DNA of 64,000 bases, from contig JAXLTY010000002.1 of the NCBI GenBank assembly GCA_046329815.1, positions 1,198,750 to 1,262,749 on the forward strand, written 5' to 3'. A program made the translations under genes and the position numbers. The DNA is from Chitinophagales bacterium. Lineage in GTDB: Bacteria > Bacteroidota > Bacteroidia > Chitinophagales > JADIYW01. Every line of letters starts with the position of its first letter. Within the stretch, counting starts at the first letter, position 1. Under the pieces are notes generated by a model. It saw nothing but the letters and a program-made list of their open reading frames with translations, made no database searches and was not told where the DNA came from. Shown piece after piece: positions 1 to 9,629 of the stretch.

Positions 1-1
1 T

Positions 2-571
2 GTAGTTTATGGCATTTACAAAGACCAGCAGCAAGCTCTTGAAAGAAGCATGTTAAAAAAAGTAGCTTTTCATCTCGTCAAAAAAATAAATCCGTTAATT
101 GATAAAACTTCTTCTTTTCGTATTTTAAACAGAAATATTGTCAATCAACTAACAGCACATTCAGCACATTTTATAAATATAGATGAAATGGCTCAATGGT
201 ACACGCGTTCTATTTCAACCATATTGGTAGAGCATATTGAACGGCAAAATGGAAAATCCGGCTATACACTTTTTGGATTAATAAAATTATCTGTTTACAT
301 ATTGTTCAATTACTATTCATTTCCATTACAACTCATCACATCAATTGGATTTTATACATCTTTATTTAGCGTTTTATTAGGTTGTTTTTATATTTTCAAG
401 AAAGTATTTTTTGAAGTTGGCATAGAAGGATGGACTTCATTAATGGTTGTGCTTTTGTTTTCAACAGGCATTATTGTATTCAGTATTGGTATTTTAGGAA
501 AATACCTATTGCAGGTTATTTCATCGCAACATGGTAAACCGGCTTACACTATCTCTGAAATACAGGAATAA
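2..571 (+). CDS. Glycosyltransferase family 2, polyprenyl-phosphate sugar transferase type (ArnC/GtrB/DPM1-like), 5'-truncated by the window edge
   Basis: The frame is open from nt 2, with no stop before the listed Met at 50. The C-terminal half has a basic GKSGYT stretch followed by two hydrophobic helices. The layout parallels the C-terminus of ORF 34820-35731. Confidence 0.55.
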   Translation, partial: VVYGIYKDQQQALERSMLKKVAFHLVKKINPLIDKTSSFRILNRNIVNQLTAHSAHFINIDEMAQWYTRSISTILVEHIERQNGKSGYTLFGLIKLSVYILFNYYSFPLQLITSIGFYTSLFSVLLGCFYIFKKVFFEVGIEGWTSLMVVLLFSTGIIVFSIGILGKYLLQVISSQHGKPAYTISEIQE

Positions 572-588
572 ATGTATCTTTATCGGAT

Positions 589-1260
589 ATGGAAATTCAT
601 TTTCTTAATTATTCATTAATAAAAATTCAAAAACATCATCTAGAATTGCTGAGAAACTGGCGCAATAATGAAGTGCGTGAATTTATGATTTATCAAGAGT
701 ATATTTCTGAAACCATGCAGCAAGAATGGTTTGACAGTATTAATAACCAAAACAATTTTTACTTTCTGATTTCAAAAAAAGAAATTCCTGTTGGTTTGAT
801 TGATATAAAAAATATAAACTGGAATGATAATACTGCGGAAACAGGCATCTACATTGCAAACCCTGAATCTCGCCTGAGTGATGTATCATCTATAGCAATT
901 GTAATGAGTGCTGCATTTATAGCTAAAATATTACATTTAAAATCAATTTACGGAAAAGTATTAAGCAGCAATAAACAGGCAATTGCATTTAACCTGGCTT
1001 CTGGCTTTAAGATTATTTCAAAAGAAGATAATATTGTTACGATGGCTATTGAAAGTATTGCTGTCGCTTTTTTAGAAATCATAAAACTGAAACAAAAACT
1101 TTGTGAACTACACAAAAATGAAACAAATACTACTATTGAATTACTAATACAATCAGAAACTCTAAAAGATGACAAAGCACTAAACTGGCTAATAGAAAAT
1201 AAAATAAAAAAACATTTTCCGGAGTTTCAAACAGACAAAAAGCTTTGCATACAATTATAG
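589..1260 (+). CDS. GNAT-family N-acetyltransferase (PseH/RimL-like)
   Basis: The N-terminal LRNWRNNEVREFM motif and the Q/GxG-like core are typical of sugar-nucleotide or RimL-type GNATs. It sits 18 nt after the GT2 gene. Confidence 0.5.
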   Translation: MEIHFLNYSLIKIQKHHLELLRNWRNNEVREFMIYQEYISETMQQEWFDSINNQNNFYFLISKKEIPVGLIDIKNINWNDNTAETGIYIANPESRLSDVSSIAIVMSAAFIAKILHLKSIYGKVLSSNKQAIAFNLASGFKIISKEDNIVTMAIESIAVAFLEIIKLKQKLCELHKNETNTTIELLIQSETLKDDKALNWLIENKIKKHFPEFQTDKKLCIQL

Positions 1261-2019
1261 CTTAATATTTAATTTCATTAAACAACGAAATAACAATTGA
1301 AACACGTTATAAAATATCTTAAAGAATAAGCGTAATACTGCATTTAATTTTTTAAAACCAAATAGTACCAACAAATAATTGATCAGCAAACCACTCAACA
1401 CTTTTGAGCAAACCTTATTTTTATGTTGAATGTTTTCTTCATGCAAAACATCAATAATCATTACCAGTCTGTCTTCATTACTATGATTATAGCCACCATG
1501 AACATGTGCGTCACAAAAGAGCAAGCATTTACCGGTTTCCCAATTTTTACTAATATTATTTACATTAAAAGCTATTTTAGTATTATCAGTTGCAGTGTAT
1601 AAACACAAATGCGTTCTGATGTGCGCATCGGTATCGCCTCTGTGTTTTACTATTTCACCACCTGCTTCCAACATACTGAAAGATGCAGAAACCAATCCAG
1701 GAATCTTATCTAAAATTTGTTTTGTGTTTGGAAAATGTTTTAAATTTTTTCGTGTAATATTCCATGTAATCAACGGCAGCGTTTTCCATTTACCGGTATT
1801 CTTTGCCTGTGCTTTATAAAAATAAGGTTGTAAATGATGCTGCTCATTAAATAGTTCAAATTCTTTCAAGATCTGCTCATAATTTTCTGGCAGCAATGCT
1901 GTCCAACTATAATTTGAAGCATCAAAGTATGCAGGAAACTTACCAGTATAAGATGTACTTACTTTATTAGCAAGAATTTCTTCAACATGAAACCAATTAT
2001 TTTCAGGCATTACTGACAT
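1255..2019 (-). CDS. Aspartyl/asparaginyl beta-hydroxylase family Fe(II)/2OG oxygenase (LpxO/OlsC-like), C-terminal membrane anchor
   Basis: Motifs FSMLEAGGEIVKHRGD..IRTHLCL and LFCDAHVHGGYN...RLVMIIDV match the AspH-family signature (S.L.PG..I.PH.G...R.HL.L ... FDDSF.H.V.N...R). The C-terminus has a hydrophobic tail. Confidence 0.75.
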   Translation of the reverse strand: MSVMPENNWFHVEEILANKVSTSYTGKFPAYFDASNYSWTALLPENYEQILKEFELFNEQHHLQPYFYKAQAKNTGKWKTLPLITWNITRKNLKHFPNTKQILDKIPGLVSASFSMLEAGGEIVKHRGDTDAHIRTHLCLYTATDNTKIAFNVNNISKNWETGKCLLFCDAHVHGGYNHSNEDRLVMIIDVLHEENIQHKNKVCSKVLSGLLINYLLVLFGFKKLNAVLRLFFKIFYNVFQLLFRCLMKLNIKL

Positions 2020-2109
2020 TCATTGAAATAGTTTAAATTGGCTATTTAATGACCAAAATACATTTTAAAATGTAAATTAGTGTAATAATTGCTCTGTAAA
2101 AAACAATAA

Positions 2110-3048
2110 ATGAAATTATTATTCAGGTTTATTGGCTACTTTTTTTTGCATATTTATGTATTTACATTATGTTCAGGCGCAATGTTGTCAATTCCTGTTA
2201 TGGCTTTTTTAATGAATGGATTTTGTGCTTTTATCAGAATTTTCATTGGCAAAAATAGTTCAAGCGCTGTATTTTTTTTATTGCCTTTTAACAACTATGA
2301 AGCGTGGAAAAAATATATTCTTATCATACAATCATTTATCAGAAACACTACTTTTTCAGAAACTTTTTGGATGCTGTATTATAAGTTCAGAGTATTAGAT
2401 CATCATCTTAACAGAGACTTACCATATTTTAAATTTCCTTCTGTAAAAAGTGATTCTATATTTTACGAGCCATCTGATTTTCCTGAATTAAATGAATTAA
2501 GCGATAAAAAAGAGCAAATATTAAAAGAATATTTAGCAGCAACAGATTTATTAAAATATTATGTCAATGAGGCAGGTATTCAACACAATGACTGGCAAAC
2601 TATTTTTCTGTATGGAAACGGTTTATTGAATGAAAAAGTAAAAAATAAATTTCCGGTTACACTGGAAATCATACATAAAATTTCAGGTATTGATTATTCC
2701 ATGATCTTATTTTCTGTTCTAAAACCTGGTGCGCACATACCTATACATACTGGTCCTTTCAATTCATTTTTAAGAGTGCATTTACCTTTAATCATACCAA
2801 AAGACGCAACAAAATGCAGTATAAATGTGGGCACAGAAACGAGAAACTGGAACAATGATGAATTACTCATTTTTGATGATAGCTTTGCTCATGAAGTAAC
2901 AAATGATACCAATGAAACACGTGTCATTTTAATGTTAGCTATTGAAAAACATCATACACCAAACACTGTAAAGCCGTTGATACGTCAATTTATCGCGCAT
3001 TTAAACAGCAGTCCGCCATTTGTGCAATGGATGAATCATAATACATAA
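2110..3048 (+). CDS. Aspartyl/asparaginyl beta-hydroxylase family Fe(II)/2OG oxygenase, N-terminal TM helices
   Basis: FSVLKPGAHIPIHTGPFNSFLRVHLPLIIP and LIFDDSFAHEVTNDTNETRVILMLAI give a near-canonical AspH signature. The N-terminal ~60 aa are strongly hydrophobic. Confidence 0.8.
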   Translation: MKLLFRFIGYFFLHIYVFTLCSGAMLSIPVMAFLMNGFCAFIRIFIGKNSSSAVFFLLPFNNYEAWKKYILIIQSFIRNTTFSETFWMLYYKFRVLDHHLNRDLPYFKFPSVKSDSIFYEPSDFPELNELSDKKEQILKEYLAATDLLKYYVNEAGIQHNDWQTIFLYGNGLLNEKVKNKFPVTLEIIHKISGIDYSMILFSVLKPGAHIPIHTGPFNSFLRVHLPLIIPKDATKCSINVGTETRNWNNDELLIFDDSFAHEVTNDTNETRVILMLAIEKHHTPNTVKPLIRQFIAHLNSSPPFVQWMNHNT

Positions 3049-3060
3049 TTTACATTTTAA

Positions 3061-3825
3061 ATGATAAACCACAATTCTATTCATACAAAGCCATTCATAA
3101 ATATTGGAAATCAACAATATGATGACAGAAAACCTGCGTTTTATGAAACTATAGAATATGGAAATCTTATAGAAACTTTAGAAAAGAATGTTGCTGTTTA
3201 TTTAACGGAATATAATAACTATATAGAACATCAAAAACAAGATCCTAAATTCTTTTTATTGTACAATGAAACCGGCTGGAATACAGTTATGTTGTATAGT
3301 TACGGATTGCGTTATCACAAAAATTGTATTCAATTTACCAACACGTTAAAAACGTTGAAACCATACAATAATATAGTTACTATCTACTTTAGTACACTTG
3401 AACCTGATACAAAATTAAGACCACATTTTGGCGATACCGATGCAACTTATCGTATTCATTTAGGATTAGATATTCCTGCAGGTTTGCCTGAATGTGGAAT
3501 TGAAGTGGGCAACATTCAGAAAGAATGGCAAAATGGCAAAACGATTATCTTTAATGATGCGCATTTTCATACAGCATGGAATTTAACAGACAAAAAAAGA
3601 ACTGTTCTGATTGTTGATATTATCAAACCTGAATTTACAGCAAAACAATGGTTCATCATTCCTAAAATTCTTGGCGCAATGGGTGTTGGAAGAGTATTAT
3701 TTCCATTAAAGCTAATGAATATTTTACCTGAGTTTGCGCTAAAAACACTTCATTTTTTAGCAACCATCGCATTTATGATTTTGTTGCCATTACAAAGAAT
3801 GTTAAAGTATTTCTATAAATACTAA
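3061..3825 (+). CDS. Aspartyl/asparaginyl beta-hydroxylase family Fe(II)/2OG oxygenase, C-terminal membrane anchor
   Basis: Carries FSTLEPDTKLRPHFGDTDATYRIHLGLDIP and IIFNDAHFHTAWNLTDKKRTVLIVDI, plus a hydrophobic C-terminal ~60 aa. Confidence 0.75.
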   Translation: MINHNSIHTKPFINIGNQQYDDRKPAFYETIEYGNLIETLEKNVAVYLTEYNNYIEHQKQDPKFFLLYNETGWNTVMLYSYGLRYHKNCIQFTNTLKTLKPYNNIVTIYFSTLEPDTKLRPHFGDTDATYRIHLGLDIPAGLPECGIEVGNIQKEWQNGKTIIFNDAHFHTAWNLTDKKRTVLIVDIIKPEFTAKQWFIIPKILGAMGVGRVLFPLKLMNILPEFALKTLHFLATIAFMILLPLQRMLKYFYKY

Positions 3826-4877
3826 TACTCAATAACGTCAAAAGTCTTTATTTTATTAATATCCAATAGCATACTTGCCCAGGAAAGTCCGACACCAAAA
3901 CCAGATAAAAGCAATTTATTTTTTCCGGAATTCAAGATAGATTTCATTTGAGAAACAATTGTAAGCGGAACAGATGCTGCGCCGGTGTTGCCATAATAAT
4001 ACATAGAATTTAAAAACTTATTGGGTTCTGTTTTTAATTGTTTTTGTATCGTCTCATTGATCATTTTATTTGCCTGATGTAAAATAAAATAATTTATTTC
4101 AGCTTTATCTATACCTGCAAATTCAATCGTTTCACGAATATTCTTTACTACTTCGCGCATTGAGAATTCAAAGATCTTCAAGCCATTGATATATGCCTGA
4201 TACCCTTTTCTTGAAATGCCATCTTCACCCGTTTTTTCTGTAATCATATCCAAATTCCAAGGTTCTCGAAAGCCGCCAGCAGGCATAATCAGATCATGAT
4301 AACCATTGCCATCACTATACATTGTTGAATAAATTGGTTCAGCATTTTTATCATACTCAATCAAAGTTGCTGTGCCTGCATCGCCAAGCAATGGAAAAAA
4401 AGTTTTATCTTTTGGTGATGCACTTAATGTGCAGGTATCGCCAGCCAAAAGTAATCCTTTTTTTACAGTACCACTTTCCATCAATGCTGTTAAAATAGTA
4501 ATACCGTAAATATAGCCGGAACAACCCAAAGGCACATCAAATGCTAAACATGTTTTAGGTAATTTTAATTTATGTTGCAAAACAGTAGAAGTGCATGGAT
4601 AAATATAATCGCGCGTTTGACATACAAAAACCAATGCATCTATTTCGTTTCTGTTGATGTTATTTTCGGTCAATAATTGATTGGCTGCTGCTTCGCATAA
4701 ATCGGCGGCTGTAGTACCTTCTGCAACGTGTCTTTTTTCATGAATACCAACAAATTCTATAAATTTCGATTTCTCAATGTCAGAGAAATAGTCGTAATCT
4801 TTTATGTAGGAAACAGACTTAGGAACAGCAGCGGTAATTCCTGTGATTTTTGAATTATAAATAATGCGTTTAGCCAT
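3822..4877 (-). CDS. 3-oxoacyl-ACP synthase III (FabH-like KAS III)
   Basis: The Cys-His-Asn triad contexts are present: PLGCSGYIYG, ILHQANKMI and GNTGAASVPL. The 351-aa length fits. Confidence 0.85.
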   Translation of the reverse strand: MAKRIIYNSKITGITAAVPKSVSYIKDYDYFSDIEKSKFIEFVGIHEKRHVAEGTTAADLCEAAANQLLTENNINRNEIDALVFVCQTRDYIYPCTSTVLQHKLKLPKTCLAFDVPLGCSGYIYGITILTALMESGTVKKGLLLAGDTCTLSASPKDKTFFPLLGDAGTATLIEYDKNAEPIYSTMYSDGNGYHDLIMPAGGFREPWNLDMITEKTGEDGISRKGYQAYINGLKIFEFSMREVVKNIRETIEFAGIDKAEINYFILHQANKMINETIQKQLKTEPNKFLNSMYYYGNTGAASVPLTIVSQMKSILNSGKNKLLLSGFGVGLSWASMLLDINKIKTFDVIEY

Positions 4878-5110
4878 TATTCATGTGGTTGAATATATTT
4901 ACTATAAAATTCACCGAATGTAAAATCGGCAAATAAATCTTCAACAATTAAATCAATATTATACTCTGCTTTAATAAAACCTAACAACATCACTGTATTC
5001 ATAGAATTCATTTGTATGACTTCTTTGAAATTTTTATCTGCAGTAATCGTGCCTGGTGGCACTTCTTCGAATTCTCTTTCGAATAATTGAATGAACTTTT
5101 GTAATGACAT
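4877..5110 (-). CDS. Acyl carrier protein-like
   Basis: A 77-aa acidic protein with a candidate phosphopantetheine Ser in QMNSMNTVMLL (a DSL-like position). Its stop overlaps the FabH start (TAATG). Confidence 0.55.
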   Translation of the reverse strand: MSLQKFIQLFEREFEEVPPGTITADKNFKEVIQMNSMNTVMLLGFIKAEYNIDLIVEDLFADFTFGEFYSKYIQPHE

Positions 5111-5114
5111 AATA

Positions 5115-6815
5115 TTAAATTATAGTGATTGCCTGATGGAATAACGGTTGATATTTGCTGACCAATATTTTTCGTTTCAGTTTCATAGTTGGTGTATATT
5201 CTTCGCTTTCAATTGTCCAGTTATCCAAGGTAAAAATAACTTTTTCTATTTTTTCAGAATCTAACATTTTAGCGTTATAGCTCTTTTGAATATACTGAAT
5301 AATATTCTCTTTATCTTCTGTTGTTATAACATCAGAAGTATTTGGACGAATTACAGCAAGCAAAGACATGTTTGCATCTTGCGTAATAAACATATTTTTT
5401 ATCAAATGTGAAGCACATAATTCCTGTTCTATTAATTCAGGATTTAAATACTTTCCATTCATCAATTTAAAAATAGTGCTGGCTCTTCCTTCAATATGCA
5501 AAAAGCCGTCTTCATCAATAAATCCTGTATCACCTGTATGATACCAGCCATCATCATCTAATAAAGCTTTCGTCAGTTTTCCCAATTTGTAATAACCTTT
5601 CATATTACTTTTACTCTTCATCCAAATCTCATCATCATTATTGATCTTTACTTCAGCATATGCTAACGGCAAACCAACTGTTCCGGTTTTATATTTAAAA
5701 TTTTCATGATTCACCGTATGTAACAATGCTTCTGTTGAACCATAACACTCAAACAATGGAATTTTTATAGACCAAAAAAATTGCACTAAATATTCCGGAA
5801 TCATAGCTGCGCCTGTAATGATTTGTTTAAAAGCACCACCTAATTCTTCATTCCACAATTCATAATACTTTTGGTGTTGTTGGTATGCTTCTGACGCAAA
5901 AAAATCTTCTTTTTTCTTATAATCAAAATGAGAAGTGTATTGAATAGCAGCAATAGCTTCTGTATTATTTTCCTGTATATATTTTTGAGTGAGTGCTTTA
6001 TAAAAACCTTCAATGATTAACGGCACACAAACAATCTGATTAGGTTTAACTTCTTTTACTTGTTGCGTTAACAGTGCACTGCTGTCTGCAAAATAGACAG
6101 TTACGCCTTGTTTTAAATAAAAATAGTAATGTAATCTTTCAAACGCATGAGAAATAGACAATACACTCAGCGCAATATCAGCTTCTTTCAAGTAATAATT
6201 ATTTGTCAGATGCTCAGCAAAAGCGCCAAAAGTGGTATGCGTATGAATTGCGCCTTTAGGATTGCCGCCAGTACCTGAAGTGTACAATATAGTTGCAACA
6301 TCATCCGGTTTTATTTGGTCTTTTCGTTCGTTAATTGCAATTTCATCTGATTCAGTAATCGAGGTTGGCAATATGCTATTCCATGATACAATATTTTCAC
6401 CTTCATCAAAGCAATAAATTCCTTTCATAAAAGTTAATTCTTTAAGATGAGGCAAAAGTAGTTTATATAAAATTCTATTACCACAAAAGAAATAATTGAG
6501 TTCTGTTTGTTTTAAAATATAGATGACATCATTTACACTATATGCCGGATGCAAGGAAACATGTATTGCACCAACCTGCAAAATACCAATGTCCAAAAAA
6601 TTCCATTCAGAACGATTGATAGAAATAGAGCCGATCATATCGCCTTTTGATATTCCTAAATCAATTAATGCCTTTGAAACAAGATTTGCTTTTGCTTTAT
6701 AATCCTGAAAGGTGGTCTTAATCCAGTTTCCTTTTTCACGATGTGCTAACGCGTAAGCATTTGGATTGGTAAAAACTTGTGCATCTAAATAATCAAAAAG
6801 GCGGTAGGAAAACAT
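5115..6815 (-). CDS. Acyl-AMP/acyl-CoA ligase (AMP-dependent synthetase, FadD-like)
   Basis: Shows the adenylation motifs YTSGTGGNPKGAIHTH and GDTGFIDEDGFLHIEGR. The likely start is Met19 (MFSYRLFDYL) at 6815. The ORF track's longest start is 6869. Confidence 0.85.
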   Translation of the reverse strand: MFSYRLFDYLDAQVFTNPNAYALAHREKGNWIKTTFQDYKAKANLVSKALIDLGISKGDMIGSISINRSEWNFLDIGILQVGAIHVSLHPAYSVNDVIYILKQTELNYFFCGNRILYKLLLPHLKELTFMKGIYCFDEGENIVSWNSILPTSITESDEIAINERKDQIKPDDVATILYTSGTGGNPKGAIHTHTTFGAFAEHLTNNYYLKEADIALSVLSISHAFERLHYYFYLKQGVTVYFADSSALLTQQVKEVKPNQIVCVPLIIEGFYKALTQKYIQENNTEAIAAIQYTSHFDYKKKEDFFASEAYQQHQKYYELWNEELGGAFKQIITGAAMIPEYLVQFFWSIKIPLFECYGSTEALLHTVNHENFKYKTGTVGLPLAYAEVKINNDDEIWMKSKSNMKGYYKLGKLTKALLDDDGWYHTGDTGFIDEDGFLHIEGRASTIFKLMNGKYLNPELIEQELCASHLIKNMFITQDANMSLLAVIRPNTSDVITTEDKENIIQYIQKSYNAKMLDSEKIEKVIFTLDNWTIESEEYTPTMKLKRKILVSKYQPLFHQAITII

Positions 6816-6883
6816 TTTTAAGCAGGTATTTAATTGTTTATGTAAATTTACACCAATATTCCTAACCAACTAAACAATTGCCT

Positions 6884-9607
6884 ATGAAATTTATCCTTGT
6901 TACCTACATATCATTATGCTCTCTCTTTTGCTTCTCTCAAAAGACAATTAAAGGTAAAATAATCGACAACTCGAATGCACAACCACTTATAGGTGCAACC
7001 ATTTTAGAAGAGAATTCCACAAATGGTACAACTTCCGATACTTCGGGAAATTTCTCCATAGAACTGAAAAATGAAAATTCCAACATACTTATTTCTTATT
7101 TAGGTTATCAGCTAAAAAAAGTAAACACATCCAATGCTACAGATTTTATTATCAAAATGGATGCTGAAGATATCACAAATGATGAAGTAGTAATTTCTGC
7201 TTCGCGTTTTCAGGAAACAATCGCTAAATCACCTGCTAATATTTATAAAATCACATCAAAAGAAATACAAAATACACCAAGCGGTGATTATTATGAAGGA
7301 TTGAAAAAAATTCCAAATGTAGATATCGTTAATAACAGCTTTGCGATGAAGATATTCAATTCTCGCGGTTTTAATACAACATCACCATTTCGTGTTACAC
7401 AAATTATTGATGGCATTGATAATATGTCGCCAGTACTCACCTTTTCACCTGGAACTTTATTTAGTGTTTCAGATATTGATATTGATAATATTGAACTGAT
7501 TTCCGGTCCGGCATCTGCACTTTACGGACCAAATGCTTTACAAGGCGTTATCAGCATCAAAACCAAAGATCCATTTATACGCGAAGGATTGACATTACAA
7601 CTAAAAGGCGGAAGCAGAAAATTTGTCGAAGGTCAGGCACGTTATGCGCAGGCATTTGGTAAAAAGAAAAAAATAGCTTTAAAAATAGCCGGCTCGTATT
7701 TTACTGCTGATGACTGGCGTGCAAATGATGAGACTTTAAATAACTACAGAAAAATTCCATACGCACCACAACGTATTGGCGCCTTATCGCAATCACTCGC
7801 AACAGACATGTCGCTTACGGCAGATCAGCGACAAGCATACACTGATTTCAATAATTATACAGCTTCTAATCCGAATGTAAATCCTGGAAATATTACATTT
7901 ACATTGCCAGGATATGATGAAAAATATTTAGCAAAAAACAGAGCTTATGGTGCAAAAGTATCTGCATCTTTAGATTATAAAATAACCAATACAATTAAAT
8001 TGAGTTATTTATACAAATTTAATAGCGGCTCAGCAGTGTATCAGGGAAACAACCGTGCATACATGGATAATTTCCGATTCAATCAACACAAATTAGAACT
8101 TTCCGGCAAAGATTTTTTCGTTAGAACCTATGTATCGCAAGAAGATCTAGCTAATTCATACGATTTGGTTTTAACAGGCATTAATTTAGGAATTGCAGGC
8201 CTTCCAAATGTGAATAAAACCTTTTTAAATGCTTATTTAGATTCTGTAAAAATCTTATCTAATAACTACACGACAGCTTTAACAAATGCTCAGGTAGCTC
8301 AACTTAAGGCAAGCTCAACGGCTGCCGCACAAAGTGGATGGCTACAACCCGGAACAGAAGCATTTCAGGCCGCTTTTAATAAAATTACTACAAGCGGTAA
8401 CCGGCCAACCGGTTCGAAATATACCAGCCGTTCTTTGATTGTTCATCTAGAAGGCCAATATAACTACACTTACAAAATATTAGATATAAATGCAGGTGCA
8501 TCTTACAGAAGAATCATTCCAAAAACAAAAGGCGAAATATTTAGTGATACATTAATGCCCAATGGAAAATATAAAAACCTTGCTTATAATGAATATGGCG
8601 GCTTTGTACAGTTAACCACTCGGTTATTAAAAAATGATCTAAAACTATTAGCTTCTTTACGCATCGATAAGAGTCAGAACTTTAAAGTACAATTCTCGCC
8701 AAGAGTAGGAATTGTATATAATAAGTCAAACCATTCAATCAGACTTTCCTGGCAAACTGCATTCAGAAGTCCGACTTTGAATGACCAATATTTTTATCTG
8801 AATACAGGTGGTTTTATTTTAAAAGGAAATTTAAGTGGTTATAATAATTTATACACTACCAATTCTTTAAACGCATACAATGCATCACCAACAAAAGACA
8901 GCACATTACTTAAAACGTTTATAGCAAAACCAATAAAACCTGAAAACCTGAACACGATTGAAATCGGTTACCGACTGAATGAATTAAAAGGATTTTCAGC
9001 AGAGTTTACAATGTATTACAATCGTTATTCCAACTTTATCGGAAGCATAAATGTCATTGAACCTAAATCTGGAAATGTAAATGATTCGAGCGGTTTGAAA
9101 GATGTAAAAACAAGAAATTATAATTCATATCGTATTTGGGTAAACTCAACGAATAAAGTAAACACGCTTGGACTTGGAATTAGTTTATCTTATACCATTA
9201 AAAACATTACATCATACATTAATTATACTTACAATAAATTCTTTGACGACCACAAAGAAGATGATTTAATTCCTGGATTTAATACGCCGCCGCATAAACT
9301 GAATATAGGCATAACCGCTAATAAAGTATGGAAAGGACTTGGTTTTGGTGCTAACTTTCACTGGCAAGATAAATTCTACTGGGAAAGTCCTTTCGCTAAT
9401 GGCGATGTAAAACAAATACATACATTGGATTTGGAAGTACACTATGAAATTGAAAAAATCATGTCAACACTTCGTGTAGGTGGTTCTAATATTTACAATA
9501 ATAAAGTAAAATACGCTGCCGGTGCTGCTGAAATTGGTGCTTTCGTATATGGTTCTTGGACATTTGACATGGCATTTACCGGCAAATATTTAAAAAAGAA
9601 AAATTAA
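6884..9607 (+). CDS. TonB-dependent receptor with N-terminal CarboxypepD_reg domain
   Basis: Has a signal peptide, a CarboxypepD_reg-like stretch (KGKIIDNSNAQPLIGATI...ISYLGY), the plug motif IELISGPASALYGPNALQGVISIKTK and a long beta-rich C-terminus. ATG is at 6884; the track start at 6878 is TTG. Confidence 0.8.
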   Translation: MKFILVTYISLCSLFCFSQKTIKGKIIDNSNAQPLIGATILEENSTNGTTSDTSGNFSIELKNENSNILISYLGYQLKKVNTSNATDFIIKMDAEDITNDEVVISASRFQETIAKSPANIYKITSKEIQNTPSGDYYEGLKKIPNVDIVNNSFAMKIFNSRGFNTTSPFRVTQIIDGIDNMSPVLTFSPGTLFSVSDIDIDNIELISGPASALYGPNALQGVISIKTKDPFIREGLTLQLKGGSRKFVEGQARYAQAFGKKKKIALKIAGSYFTADDWRANDETLNNYRKIPYAPQRIGALSQSLATDMSLTADQRQAYTDFNNYTASNPNVNPGNITFTLPGYDEKYLAKNRAYGAKVSASLDYKITNTIKLSYLYKFNSGSAVYQGNNRAYMDNFRFNQHKLELSGKDFFVRTYVSQEDLANSYDLVLTGINLGIAGLPNVNKTFLNAYLDSVKILSNNYTTALTNAQVAQLKASSTAAAQSGWLQPGTEAFQAAFNKITTSGNRPTGSKYTSRSLIVHLEGQYNYTYKILDINAGASYRRIIPKTKGEIFSDTLMPNGKYKNLAYNEYGGFVQLTTRLLKNDLKLLASLRIDKSQNFKVQFSPRVGIVYNKSNHSIRLSWQTAFRSPTLNDQYFYLNTGGFILKGNLSGYNNLYTTNSLNAYNASPTKDSTLLKTFIAKPIKPENLNTIEIGYRLNELKGFSAEFTMYYNRYSNFIGSINVIEPKSGNVNDSSGLKDVKTRNYNSYRIWVNSTNKVNTLGLGISLSYTIKNITSYINYTYNKFFDDHKEDDLIPGFNTPPHKLNIGITANKVWKGLGFGANFHWQDKFYWESPFANGDVKQIHTLDLEVHYEIEKIMSTLRVGGSNIYNNKVKYAAGAAEIGAFVYGSWTFDMAFTGKYLKKKN

Positions 9608-9629
9608 ATTTGGTAATGAAATTATTCAT

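Noticed and set aside
6816-6883. Cobalamin riboswitch upstream of the in-island TonB-dependent receptor
   Set aside because: Only ~60-70 nt separate the divergent starts. That is too short for a B12 riboswitch aptamer of about 200 nt, and no B12-box-like sequence is visible.
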